Shown piece by piece: positions 49,995 through 59,406 of a DNA stretch of 64,000 bases (its first letter is position 1; each line of letters begins with the position of its first letter). The position numbers and the translations under genes are program-made. Under the pieces are notes generated by a model that saw only the letters and a list, made by a program, of their open reading frames with translations, was not told the origin of the DNA and did no database searches. The DNA comes from Alphaproteobacteria bacterium (lineage in GTDB: Bacteria > Pseudomonadota > Alphaproteobacteria > Bin95). The stretch is taken from positions 320,001-384,000 of the forward strand of contig CAXXWS020000002.1 in NCBI GenBank assembly GCA_963665325.3, in the 5' to 3' direction.

Positions 49995-51374
49995 ATGGCG
50001 ACGCGGGTCCTCGTTCCCTCCGGCGTGCTCGGCCTTGGCTTCGACCGGCAGGCTCTCCGGCGGGCGGCGGCAGGCAAGCCGGACATCATCTGCATAGACG
50101 GCGGCTCGACCGACAGCGGCCCCTTCTATCTCGGCGCCGGGGTGTCGAAATATTCGGACGCCTCCGTGCGGTCCGAATGGAAGGAGCTGCTCGATGCGCG
50201 CGAAGTGGCCGGTTGCCCGCTGGTGCTGGGTTCTGCCGGGACCTGCGGCACGGACGGCATGGTGGATGGAATGCTGGAGGCCACCCGCGAGATTGCGGAG
50301 GCCGCCGGACGGCGCCTGAAGGTGGCGGTGCTGAAGTCCGAACAGCCGGTCGCAGCCGTCCGGGAGGCCTTGCAGGCGGGCCGGCTGGCGCCGCTTGCCG
50401 GGACGCCGGAAGCCGGCATCTCTGCCGACGATGTCGGGCGCTGCACGCATGTGGTCGCGTTGGCCGGCGCCGAGCAGATGGCGGCGGCGCTCCGCACGGG
50501 CGCGGATGTCGTCATCGCGGGGCGCGCGACCGACACGGCGGCGATTTCCGCGCTGCCGCTGATGAACGGCGAGGATGCGGGCGCGGCCTGGCACGGCGCC
50601 AAGATCGGCGAATGCGGCGCGCTTTGCTCGACGCGACCGATGAGCGGTGTGATCGGCCTCGAATTCGACGGGTCCGGATGCACTGTTGAGCCCCATGCCG
50701 AAGGGGCGCGCTGCACGCCGGAGTCCGTTGCGGCGCACATGCTCTACGAGAACGCCGATCCCTTCATCCTCCATGAACCGGGCGGACATCTGGACGCGCG
50801 CGGCGCGGCCTACGACGCGCTGGACGAGCGCCGGGTGCGCATTTCCGGGTCCCGCTGGATCGCGTCGGACAGCTATACCGTCAAGCTGGAAGGAGCCCGG
50901 CTCGCCGGCTTTCAGACGACCTCGCTCGCGATCCTGCGCGATGCGCGCTATGTGGCCAACGCCCGGCGCTGGCTCGACCGGCTGGAGGCGTTCCTGGCAG
51001 CGGAAATCCCGGCCCGCACGGGTCTCGAAGCCCATGACTACACCGTCGAGTTCCGCCTGATCGGCGTGGACGCGGCGCTGGGGCCGCTGGAGACGGGGTC
51101 ATCCGATCCGGTCGAGGTGGGCGTGCTGGCCATCGTGACGGCGGCCTCGCAGGCCACGGCGACCGAGATCGCCCGGCTCGCAAACCCTTTCCTGCTGCAC
51201 TTCCCGCTGACCGACGAGGAAGACCTGCCGACCTTCGCCTTTCCCTACTCGCCGGCCGAAACCGAGCGCGGCCCGCTCTACGAGTTCGCCCTCAACCATG
51301 TCATGCGGCTCGACGACCCGATGGAAGCCTTCCGGCTGGAGGTGACGGAGGTCGGGCATGGCCCGCCTCGGTGA
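49995..51374 (+). CDS. AtuA-like (DUF1446) family protein
   Basis: DGGSTDSGP, IAGRATD, AKIGECG, AHMLYEN..P. Confidence 0.88.
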   Translation: MATRVLVPSGVLGLGFDRQALRRAAAGKPDIICIDGGSTDSGPFYLGAGVSKYSDASVRSEWKELLDAREVAGCPLVLGSAGTCGTDGMVDGMLEATREIAEAAGRRLKVAVLKSEQPVAAVREALQAGRLAPLAGTPEAGISADDVGRCTHVVALAGAEQMAAALRTGADVVIAGRATDTAAISALPLMNGEDAGAAWHGAKIGECGALCSTRPMSGVIGLEFDGSGCTVEPHAEGARCTPESVAAHMLYENADPFILHEPGGHLDARGAAYDALDERRVRISGSRWIASDSYTVKLEGARLAGFQTTSLAILRDARYVANARRWLDRLEAFLAAEIPARTGLEAHDYTVEFRLIGVDAALGPLETGSSDPVEVGVLAIVTAASQATATEIARLANPFLLHFPLTDEEDLPTFAFPYSPAETERGPLYEFALNHVMRLDDPMEAFRLEVTEVGHGPPR

Positions 51375-51681
51375 CGCGGTGCAGATGGTCCGGTCCAAGA
51401 ATGCCGGACCGTTCATGGTCACGGTGGATGTCTTCTGCGGCACGGATGCCGCCTTCCAGAGGGTCAATGCAGCGCTCTCGACCGGGGCGGTCGGGCGCCT
51501 CTACCGCGTGGATCCGGAGCGGGTCGGGCGATACGAGCTGCCCGAAATCCGGGTCGTGAAGTTCAGCTTCCCGCGCCCGGTGCCCCAGGGCAGCCGCGGC
51601 GACCGCGACATGCACGGCGCGCAATGGGCGGTGCTGCTGGCGGAAGCCGAATTCGAGGAAGCCGGCGAAAGCGTCAGATGA
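51358..51681 (+). CDS. DUF4387 family protein
   Basis: RSKNAGPF, DRDMHGAQ; follows the AtuA-like gene. Confidence 0.88.
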   Translation: MARLGDAVQMVRSKNAGPFMVTVDVFCGTDAAFQRVNAALSTGAVGRLYRVDPERVGRYELPEIRVVKFSFPRPVPQGSRGDRDMHGAQWAVLLAEAEFEEAGESVR

Positions 51682-52864
51682 CTTTCGCGGCCCTGAGGGC
51701 GGCGATCCTGTCCGCGCCGTAGCCGAGCCCGGCCAGCACCTCGTCCGTGTCGGCGCCCATCGCCGGTGCGGGCCGGCCGGGCGGTGCCGCGCCGGTCCGT
51801 ATCGGCGGGCCGACCGAGCCGACGCGGCGCCCGGAGGGATGGTCCACCCAGAGATGGCGCTCCGTTTCGGTGGGGAAGGGCGCGTCCATGGCGGAGGCGA
51901 TATCGTGGACGGGAGCGACCGGCACCTGGCCCTGCAGGACATCCAGCCATTCGGCCGTCGTCTTCGCGGAGAGCGCCTCGTCCAGCATTTCCGTCACCGT
52001 CTCCCGGTTGGCGAGGCGGGCGGCGAAGTCCCGGAAGCGCGGGTCGTCCTTCCATTCCGGCCGGCCGAGCGCGTCCGCAAGCTCGCCCCAGAATTTCTCC
52101 TTGTTGCACATGATGAACAGCCAGCCGTCGCGTGTGCGGTAGAGCTGGGAGGGTGTGAGGTTCGGGTGCGAGGAGCGCGGCTCGCGGCCCTGCACGATGC
52201 CCGCCGTCAGATACCAGCAGGCGAGATAGCCGACATTCGACATGGCGGTGTCGTAGAGCGAGACGTCGAGGTCCATGCCCCTGCCGCCGGCCCGGGCTGC
52301 CAGAATGCCGGAGGTCATGGCGAGCGCCGCCTGAACGCCGGTCGCGAGATCGACCATGGAGAGCCCCATGCGCGCAGGCGGCGAACCCGGCTCGCCGGTG
52401 ACGGAGAGATAGCCCGCCTCCGCCTGCATCAGGTAGTCGTAGCCGGGCCAGGCGGCGCGCGGACCCTCGCGTCCATATGCGGAGAGATGCACGCAGACGA
52501 TCGCCGGGTTGACCGCCTTGAGCGCCTCGTAGGTCAGGCCCAGCTTCGCCGGCCGGTCGCCGCGCAGATTGTCGAGCATCCCGTCGGCCGAGCGCACAAG
52601 GTCGTGCAGCACTTCCCGGCCGGCCTCCTGCTTGAGGTCCAGCGCCACCGAGCGCTTGTTGCGGTTGAACGCCTGGAAGAACAGGCTGTCGCCTTGCGGC
52701 AGCGGGTCCTGCGGGTGGCGCACGAAGCGCCCGACATCGCCGCCCTCGGCAATGTTCTCCACCTTGACGACCTCCGCGCCGAGGTCCGCAAGCTGCATCG
52801 TGCCGAACGGCCCGGCCCCGTACTGCTCGACCGCAACGATGCGGACCCCCTCCAACGGCAACAT
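51674..52864 (-). CDS. CaiB/BaiF class III CoA-transferase
   Basis: AGPFGT, NRNKRS, GYD. Confidence 0.93.
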   Translation of the reverse strand: MLPLEGVRIVAVEQYGAGPFGTMQLADLGAEVVKVENIAEGGDVGRFVRHPQDPLPQGDSLFFQAFNRNKRSVALDLKQEAGREVLHDLVRSADGMLDNLRGDRPAKLGLTYEALKAVNPAIVCVHLSAYGREGPRAAWPGYDYLMQAEAGYLSVTGEPGSPPARMGLSMVDLATGVQAALAMTSGILAARAGGRGMDLDVSLYDTAMSNVGYLACWYLTAGIVQGREPRSSHPNLTPSQLYRTRDGWLFIMCNKEKFWGELADALGRPEWKDDPRFRDFAARLANRETVTEMLDEALSAKTTAEWLDVLQGQVPVAPVHDIASAMDAPFPTETERHLWVDHPSGRRVGSVGPPIRTGAAPPGRPAPAMGADTDEVLAGLGYGADRIAALRAAKVI

Positions 52865-52991
52865 GATGTTTCTCCCCGGACGCCGATGCCGGATGAGGTA
52901 GCGCCTCCGCCCGGCCCGGTCCAGCACGGCTGAATTGCGGCAGCCGGCAAATTGGTGAAACTGCGCCGACCCCTTTCGGAGACACCGGCAA

Positions 52992-53930
52992 ATGACCGCA
53001 CCCAAACTCGGCTACCTGCTGCCCACCCGCGAGCGCATCATGAGCGGCGAGAACGAGACCGGGCCGATGCTGGCGCTGGCCGAGCGGGCCGAGGCGCTCG
53101 GCTACGACTCGATCTGGATCGGCGACAGCCTGCTCGCAAGGCCGCGCCACGACCCGCTGACCCTGATGGCGGCGGTGGCGGCGCGCACAGAGCGCGTCGC
53201 GGTCGGCACGGCCGTGCTGCTGCCGGCGCTGCGCAACCCTGTCGTGCTGGCGCACCAGGTCGCGACGCTGGACCGGATCGCCGAGGGACGGCTGATCCTG
53301 GGCTACGGCATCGCCAATGACGTGCCCAATATCCGCGCGGAGTTTGCCGCCGCCGGCGTGCCGTTCGAGAAGCGCGTCGGGCGGATGCTGGAGGGGCTCC
53401 GGCTCTGCCGCGCGCTCTGGTCCGGCGAGCCGGTGGACTGGGAGGGGCGCTGGCCCGTGAAGGAGGGCGTGCTCGGGCCGACCCCGCACAATCCGGGCGG
53501 CCCGCCGGTCTGGCTCGGCGGGGGCGTGCCAGCCGCCCTGAAGCGCGCCGCACGGGAATTCGACGGCTGGTTCCCGACCGGCCCCGACGCCGAAGGCTGG
53601 GGCGAGGGATGGCGGACGGTGCAGGCCGCCGCCGTCGAGGCGGGGCGTCCGGCTGGCGCGTTGACGGGCGCGGTCTATCTGACGATCGCGCTCGACGAGG
53701 ACGCGGACGCCGGCAATGCGCGCATCGATGCCTATCTGGAGAGCTATTACGGCGCGCCCGCTGCCGTCCTCCGCAAGCGCCAGACCGCCTTCGCCGGCCC
53801 GCCGGAAGCCGCCGCGGACTGGATCGGCGGCTATGCGGAACGGGGCGCCAGCCACATCGCGCTCCGCTTCGTCGGCGACCATGAACGCATGCTGGAGGCC
53901 GTCGCCGGCGTGAGGGACCGTATCGGCTGA
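52992..53930 (+). CDS. LLM class flavin-dependent oxidoreductase
   Basis: GYDSIWIGDS, NPVVLAHQVATLD..AEGRL. Confidence 0.93.
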   Translation: MTAPKLGYLLPTRERIMSGENETGPMLALAERAEALGYDSIWIGDSLLARPRHDPLTLMAAVAARTERVAVGTAVLLPALRNPVVLAHQVATLDRIAEGRLILGYGIANDVPNIRAEFAAAGVPFEKRVGRMLEGLRLCRALWSGEPVDWEGRWPVKEGVLGPTPHNPGGPPVWLGGGVPAALKRAAREFDGWFPTGPDAEGWGEGWRTVQAAAVEAGRPAGALTGAVYLTIALDEDADAGNARIDAYLESYYGAPAAVLRKRQTAFAGPPEAAADWIGGYAERGASHIALRFVGDHERMLEAVAGVRDRIG

Positions 53931-53948
53931 CGGGACACCCCGGCGAAG

Positions 53949-53996
53949 TGTCATGAGATGTCATGTTTTGTCATGAAGCCCGCCGGAAATGTCATG
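53949..53996. repeat. Four helically phased TGTCATG direct repeats
   Basis: Copies at 53949, 53959, 53969, 53990. Confidence 0.85.
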
Positions 53997-54214
53997 TTCC
54001 GCCCGCTCTTTCCCCCTCCCAAGCTCGCGAGGGAGAGCCTGCCCCGGACCGCGATCCGGGGGCCGCGGCGGGAGGCCCTTTCCTGTCCCGGCAAGGCCCT
54101 GCCCGGTTGCCCGGCCGCCGTCTCTCTCCCGACCTCTCCCGCGAGCGGGAGAGGAGATTTGGCGTCTCCGCCCGTATCCTGCATGCGGCTCCTCCATCGC
54201 ATTCCGTTCGCCCT

Positions 54215-54310
54215 CCGCCGCGCCGAACGCGGCGAACAATGCAGATGGCGGCGTTGACGCCGCCGCGTCGAACGCGGCGAACATTGCAGATGGCGGCGTT
54301 GACGCCGCCG
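54215..54310. repeat. 45-bp tandem duplication with GGCGGCGT-TG-ACGCCGCC hairpins
   Basis: Units start at 54215 and 54260. Confidence 0.85.
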
Positions 54311-54607
54311 CCGGCGGCCTGCCCGGCAAGCGGGACCCTGTTTCGCGCGTATCGCGTGCGGGCGCGGGCGGGTGTCAGCGCCGGCGCGGTTTGCGCGCCT
54401 GATTGCGCCTGCGTGCGCGAACCCAGGCGCAGGGCGCACGTCTCCCGTCCGTTCCGTTAGAATTTTTTTCGCGCCGGCGCGAAGCAGCCCCGCGGATGCC
54501 GCTTCCATTGCTCCATATTAGCACTGATTTCTGAGATACAAGCCCATGACGGGAATTATTTCAAAAAATATGGAACAAGAAGCGGTTTTCATGTAGGACT
54601 CATGCCC

Positions 54608-54937
54608 TCATATCGTCATGCCCGGACCTGTTCCGGGCATCTCTGTAGGGGGACAAAAGTAATGCGGAAGTCGGACTATGCCGGATGTGGTCGGATATGG
54701 CCGGACGGAATGAGGCAGGGCAAGGGGTTGCGAGGGATGAGCGGCGCGGATGACCGGGTTCGTCTCCCAGCGGCCCTCGATCACGGCGCCGTTCTCCCGG
54801 AGTTCGGCGATGCAGCTGTTGACGGCGCAGACATGTGCGGCCCGGACGATGTCGCGTGTCGAGCGCTCCCGGCCGTCTCTCAGGAGTTCTTGCACCCGGC
54901 GCAGGCGGGCGGATCGGGAGAGGCGGGCCGCGTGCAT
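54608..54937 (-). CDS. Phage-type winged-helix protein, possibly 3'-truncated
   Basis: MHAARL..S.RL.RV..LL.DG...STRDI...AHVCAVNS.IAELR.NG..I; the end of the ORF runs into a REP. Confidence 0.65.
   Translation of the reverse strand: MHAARLSRSARLRRVQELLRDGRERSTRDIVRAAHVCAVNSCIAELRENGAVIEGRWETNPVIRAAHPSQPLALPHSVRPYPTTSGIVRLPHYFCPPTEMPGTGPGMTI
54614..54642. repeat. CGTC-type REP palindrome
   Basis: CGTC-ATGCCCGGA-CCTGT-TCCGGGCAT-CT. Confidence 0.8.
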
Positions 54938-55002
54938 TACGGAGCGAATCCGGGTGTAGAGTTGGCGCCAGATTTCGACCCGCTGGGCTTTGGAGACTGC
55001 TC

Positions 55003-55707
55003 AAGGACCCGACGGCTGCGCTTTCCTCGTTTAGTGGCCTCGTTAGCCTCGCGCGCGGTCTCACCGCGCTGAAGACGGACATTGAGGTTGAGCAAGTTCG
55101 CTCGGCACTCCTGGGACAGATCACGGAAGTCCAGCAAACAACCCTGCAACTTCAGGAAGATTTGCTTGGAGCAAGGTCCGTTCGAGTTGAACCGGGAACG
55201 GATATGCAACTCCGGTTGTCACCCCGGACGGAGCGGAGCGGAGATCCGGGGTCCAGTCTACCGGGGCTTGACCAGGTTTCGAAAGCGGTTCTGGACCCCG
55301 GCTCGGGGGCCGGGGTGGCGGTTTTGGGTTCGGTTCCAGTTGCGGTTCAATTCGAATGGATTCCGCTCTAGGGCTCGTGAACGCAGTTCCGAGTTGGAGC
55401 GAGAGCTCAAGGAAATGCACGACTGGTCGAAGGAAAAAGAGCGTTACACGCTCAACAATTGGGACGCGATGCATACGCATACGCCGAGGCGCTGCCCACG
55501 AAGGGCGGACAAGCGGCGGAGGCTCTTCTTTGCACCCATTGCTATGAGGATCGAAAGCGCTCGATCCTTCAGTTTCAGGGCACCGACCTCGCTGGATCGG
55601 TGCTGCTGTGTCCCCGCTGCAAGAATCGCGTGTTCTATAGGGACCGAGTTCGAGAGGAAGAGGCGCGTGCTCGCGCGCATTCGGTTCAGCGCCTCTCGCG
55701 GACATGA
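55003..55707 (+). pseudogene. Coiled-coil + Zn-ribbon hypothetical gene disrupted by a MITE, a frameshift and start-codon loss
   Basis: (M)DPTAALSSF...LQEDLL|ARERSSELERELKEMHDWSKEKERYTL/fs/QLG...LCTHCY...SILQ...CPRC. Confidence 0.75.
55169..55368. mobile_element. 200-bp MITE with imperfect TIRs and TA target site (IS630/Tc1-mariner type), carrying an inverted REP pair
   Basis: TCCGTTCGAGTTGAACCG vs reverse complement TCCATTCGAATTGAACCG; ends TG|GAGC...GCTC|TA; excision restores the host frame. Confidence 0.8.
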
Positions 55708-56133
55708 AGTATCATTCACGAAGACCTCCACTCAGCATCTCTGTTGTGTCCGAATGCTGTACGACTTGGCGTTGGAATCGCGAGACGCGGGGTTTGATCC
55801 CTCTGCCACCTTTGTTCATGGAAATAGCAGAAATTCATCGACCGGAGCCCGTGCTAAAGAAGGACAATTATCCGAGAAGGTGCTTTTCCCCAGGTTCCTT
55901 CGGGACCCGTATCTCTCCCAACTGAAACCCCTCCGGCATGTCCCGAGGCCCGTAGAGCGCTTGCCGTCCCTCCGGATCCGCCGACAAATTTCTTCTTTCC
56001 TCCCATTTGGGTAGGAGCAATTGGCTATGCATCTTCATAGCATTCCTCGGGTGTACCGGCTTTGCACGTCGCGCGGCGTGCAAGTCACCGCCGAAGCCCA
56101 TGAACGGGGAAATGAACTCCCGGGGAGGATGCC

Positions 56134-57051
56134 ATGAACATCACTGCGTTGCACAAGACCGTGACCGCACTTCCACTCATCGCCATGCTGGCGGTCTCTG
56201 GCTGTGGGGGTAGTGAACACACCAGCATGGGGATAGATCCCGGAGGGCCTGCGACGCCCGTTGATATGGAGGTTCCCGAGCAAGACCACGTGATTCAGGT
56301 GGCCCAACAAGGCAGCCGTGCAGTAAGCGCCATTCGCGATTCAGGCAGCAATGTTGTAGGGCTCCAAGTTGGAAATACAACGGTATCGCTCGATTCTCAC
56401 CGTCTCGGAAACTTTAGTGGAGCCTCCCAGCCCCCGACAGTTGGATCGGTCCTACAGAACGATGATATCCGACTTCGTCATGTTCATTCGCACTGGGACA
56501 TGGTGACCGATGTCGTTTCGACATATGAATATCTTTCCTTCGGGGCATGGGCGACCGTGGCACCGGAAACCGGGGGGGATGCCCTTTTCGACTATCGCTA
56601 TGAGAGCATCGGCGATGGCTACCTGGCAGCGCTCGACAGTGCGAGAACGCCGGTTGCCGGCATGGCTATAGAAGGAACGGCAACTTACTCGGGCCTGTAC
56701 ACCGGCTTCGTACAGGGTCACGGCATCGATGGCGATATCCTCAGGAGCACTGGTGACGCCGACATCACGGCGGACTTTGCGAATAAGTCCTTGGAGGTGG
56801 AGATGCTCAGTGCCCAAGGCAATGCGTTTTCCCTTTCAGGTTCTATTCTAGGGAATACATTCTCTGGAACCACCCTTGAGCACATGGCCGCAACCCCGCT
56901 CATTCAGGTGACAGGTGCCACCGCAAGGATGGAAGGTGGCTTCTACGGGGCTGGGGCAAGCGAGGCCGGCGGTGTCTTTGAGATTATAGGGGGACGCTCG
57001 CAGGACCCGGGCCGCTTTGTCGGTGCCTTCGGCGGGAAGAAGACCGACTGA
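56134..57051 (+). CDS. TbpB-like (transferrin-binding-protein-like) surface lipoprotein
   Basis: Lipobox AVSGC; YLSFGAW, GTATYSG, ADF, GGFYG..A.EAGG.F, C-terminal GAFGGK. Confidence 0.82.
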   Translation: MNITALHKTVTALPLIAMLAVSGCGGSEHTSMGIDPGGPATPVDMEVPEQDHVIQVAQQGSRAVSAIRDSGSNVVGLQVGNTTVSLDSHRLGNFSGASQPPTVGSVLQNDDIRLRHVHSHWDMVTDVVSTYEYLSFGAWATVAPETGGDALFDYRYESIGDGYLAALDSARTPVAGMAIEGTATYSGLYTGFVQGHGIDGDILRSTGDADITADFANKSLEVEMLSAQGNAFSLSGSILGNTFSGTTLEHMAATPLIQVTGATARMEGGFYGAGASEAGGVFEIIGGRSQDPGRFVGAFGGKKTD

Positions 57052-57437
57052 GTTTCCGGGCACCTTTCAACCTCGTTCCCTGGTGCTGGCCGGTCGCCAT
57101 GCCGTTCTACTTGCCCGGGCGACGGGGTCCTCGAAGTGGGATTTGCCGCGCGAGCCGTGTAAGGGCGGTGTCTGGAGCCCACGTCGAGGTCTGGGTTGAC
57201 GGACGAGATTTCCGGCGCTGCCGCTTGCTCTCCTCAGCGATGGCCTTCTTCGAACGGGACCGATCATTCCGATCGGTCGTCGGCTCGCCATATCCCCGCG
57301 CGTCCGGGACGCCAAACCGCACCACACACGGTTCGGGGGCCGGGGTGACGAAGGCGTCAATGGGCCGCGCAGCAAAGCCGGCAGGCACACCGCAGGCAAG
57401 CCAAAACGAGATGTGTGCGGGCGGTCCCCCGCCGGGA

Positions 57438-58277
57438 TCAGGACGCGGCCAGCGGTGCGTAGTCGTCCAGCAGTTTGAGCGTTTCGTCGCGGGTGGCGTC
57501 CGGGAGTTCCAGCAGCACGCGGTCGATGCCGGCGTCCTCGCAGGTGGCGATGGCGTCCTTGTCCGGCGGGGCGCGGAACAGCGTGACCTGGAGGTCGGCC
57601 ATGTCCCGGCCGGCGGCGTCCGCATGGGTGCGCAGGCGCGCCATCTGCTCCTTGGGGTCGAACCCCGGGCGCGGCCGCGGCAGCCAGCCGTCGCAGTAAT
57701 CGACCACGCGGCGCAGCGTGTAGTCGGTCTCGCCGCCCATCAGGATCGGCGGGTGCGGCGTCTGGACGGGCTTGGGCCACGACCAGCACGACTCGAAGGA
57801 CACATGCTCGCCGGAGAAGGACGCCTCGTCCTCCGTCCAGAGCTTCTTCATCGCCAACGCACGCTCGCGCACGATGGCGAAACGGGTGCGGTAGGTGGAG
57901 CCGTGGTCTTCCATCTCCTCGACGTTCCAGCCGCCGCCGAGGCCGAAGACGAAGCGCCCGCCCGAGAGCCGGTCCAGGCTGGCCACGACCTTGGCGGTCA
58001 CGATGGGGTCCCGCTGCGCCAGCAGGCAGATGCCCGTGCCGAGGGTCAGCTTCTCGGTCGCGGCGGCGGCGAAGGCGAGCGCGACGAAGGGGTCGTGGGT
58101 GTGCGCATAGCGCTTCTGGAGCGGGCCGCCGGCCGGGAAGGGCGAACGCCGGCTGGTGGGGATGTGCGTGTGCTCGGGCACGAAGAGCGCCTCGAAGCCC
58201 CGGTCCTCGAGGGCGCGGGCGAGTTCGGAAATATCGATGCCGTAGTCCGTCGGAAAGATGAATACGCCGGTCTTCAT
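57438..58277 (-). CDS. LLM class (F420-type) oxidoreductase
   Basis: PEHTHIP, DPFVAL, DPIVTAK.VASLD.LSGGR, GWN.EE, PKPVQ.PHPP. Confidence 0.93.
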   Translation of the reverse strand: MKTGVFIFPTDYGIDISELARALEDRGFEALFVPEHTHIPTSRRSPFPAGGPLQKRYAHTHDPFVALAFAAAATEKLTLGTGICLLAQRDPIVTAKVVASLDRLSGGRFVFGLGGGWNVEEMEDHGSTYRTRFAIVRERALAMKKLWTEDEASFSGEHVSFESCWSWPKPVQTPHPPILMGGETDYTLRRVVDYCDGWLPRPRPGFDPKEQMARLRTHADAAGRDMADLQVTLFRAPPDKDAIATCEDAGIDRVLLELPDATRDETLKLLDDYAPLAAS

Positions 58278-59323
58278 TTTTGGGAAGAGTCCTCTTCTCG
58301 GTAGCGTGCGATCCGCCCGGCGATCTCCTCCTCGCTGAGGATGCCGAGCTCGACGATGTTGGCCTTGAGGGACAGCAGCCAGCGGTCATAGTAGCCGAGG
58401 CCGTCATAGAGTTCCTGCGGCAGGTCTTCCTGGCCGCGCCGGCTGCTGTCGCTGGTGAGGCGCGGATCGTAATCCTGCAGCAGGACCTTCATCGCATCCA
58501 CGCGCTTGCCGAGCGCGTCCGGCGGCGTCTCGTCGCGCTCGACCGGGCCGGCGTCGCGGCCACCGTAATCGCTGACGAGGCCGGGGGCGGGAGGGGAGGT
58601 TGCAGCCATCAGATAGTTCACCGAAAGATCGCGGGAGAGGGACCAGGCGCCGGAGAGCGGCGCATAGCTCATGCCCGAAACGGCGCCCGGACGCAAACCC
58701 GCCGCCCTGATTGCGCGAGCCAGTTCCGAGGGTTTCACGAATCGCCGGAAGCTGTGGGTGCCGGGCGGCACCCAGCGCAGCAGGTATTCCGCGCCGATCT
58801 TCGCCTTGAGCAGGCTCGCCGCCGTGCGGTTGAGGGTCGAGAACAGCATGACCCCGCCGGGCTTGAGCAAGGCCGCTGCCGCGCGCACGAAGGCGCCGGG
58901 GTCCGGGACATGCTCGACGAGCTCCAGCGCGAGAACGGCGTCGAAGCGTTCGCCGGCCAGCGATTCGACCGGGGCGCAGCGGTAGTCGATGTCTAGGCCG
59001 CCGGCCGCCGCATGGGCGCGCGCGATCTCCACGGTCTCCGGTTCGGCATCGATTGCGGTGACGTTCGCGCCAAGGCGCGAAAGCGGCTCCGCGACGAGGC
59101 CGCCGCCGCATCCGGCATCCAGCACGCCGAGGCCGGACAGGGAGCGCGGCGCCAGCGGGTCGCGGCCGAAGCGGTCGGCGATCCGGTCCCGCACCCAGCC
59201 GATCCTGACCGGGTTCATGGCGTGCAAGGGCCTGAACATGCCCTTCGGATCCCACCATTCATCCGCGATTGCGGCGAAACGCCGGGTTTCCTCCGCGTCC
59301 ACTGTCGCACCGGACTCTGTCAT
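58274..59323 (-). CDS. ubiG: Ubiquinone O-methyltransferase UbiG with a C-terminal nitrile-hydratase-beta-like domain
   Basis: WWDP.G.FRPLH.MNP.R, LDAGCGGG, ELVEHV, STLNRT, VNY; then about 100 extra aa. Confidence 0.92.
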   Translation of the reverse strand: MTESGATVDAEETRRFAAIADEWWDPKGMFRPLHAMNPVRIGWVRDRIADRFGRDPLAPRSLSGLGVLDAGCGGGLVAEPLSRLGANVTAIDAEPETVEIARAHAAAGGLDIDYRCAPVESLAGERFDAVLALELVEHVPDPGAFVRAAAALLKPGGVMLFSTLNRTAASLLKAKIGAEYLLRWVPPGTHSFRRFVKPSELARAIRAAGLRPGAVSGMSYAPLSGAWSLSRDLSVNYLMAATSPPAPGLVSDYGGRDAGPVERDETPPDALGKRVDAMKVLLQDYDPRLTSDSSRRGQEDLPQELYDGLGYYDRWLLSLKANIVELGILSEEEIAGRIARYREEDSSQK

Positions 59324-59406
59324 CGCAACTTGTCCCGACCGGGAGGCCGGAATATGTTGCGCCTGCCCGCCGGCGGCAAGCCGTTGCAGGCAGTCGAAGG
59401 GTATTC

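Noticed and set aside
51501-53954. 817-aa ORF on the minus strand
   Set aside because: Overlaps well-supported CaiB and LLM genes in other frames; low-complexity Arg/Gly/Ala content.
53951-54508. Several 100-185 aa ORFs
   Set aside because: They overlap palindromic repeats in all frames with no protein motifs; treated as non-coding.
55710-56130. Possible gene remnant (LPKWEERRNLSADPEGRQ...)
   Set aside because: No family recognised and no clear start or RBS.
57060-57430. Short ORFs between the lipoprotein and LLM genes
   Set aside because: No recognisable product; only a half REP (GGGGCCGGGGTGACG, about 57336) is visible.
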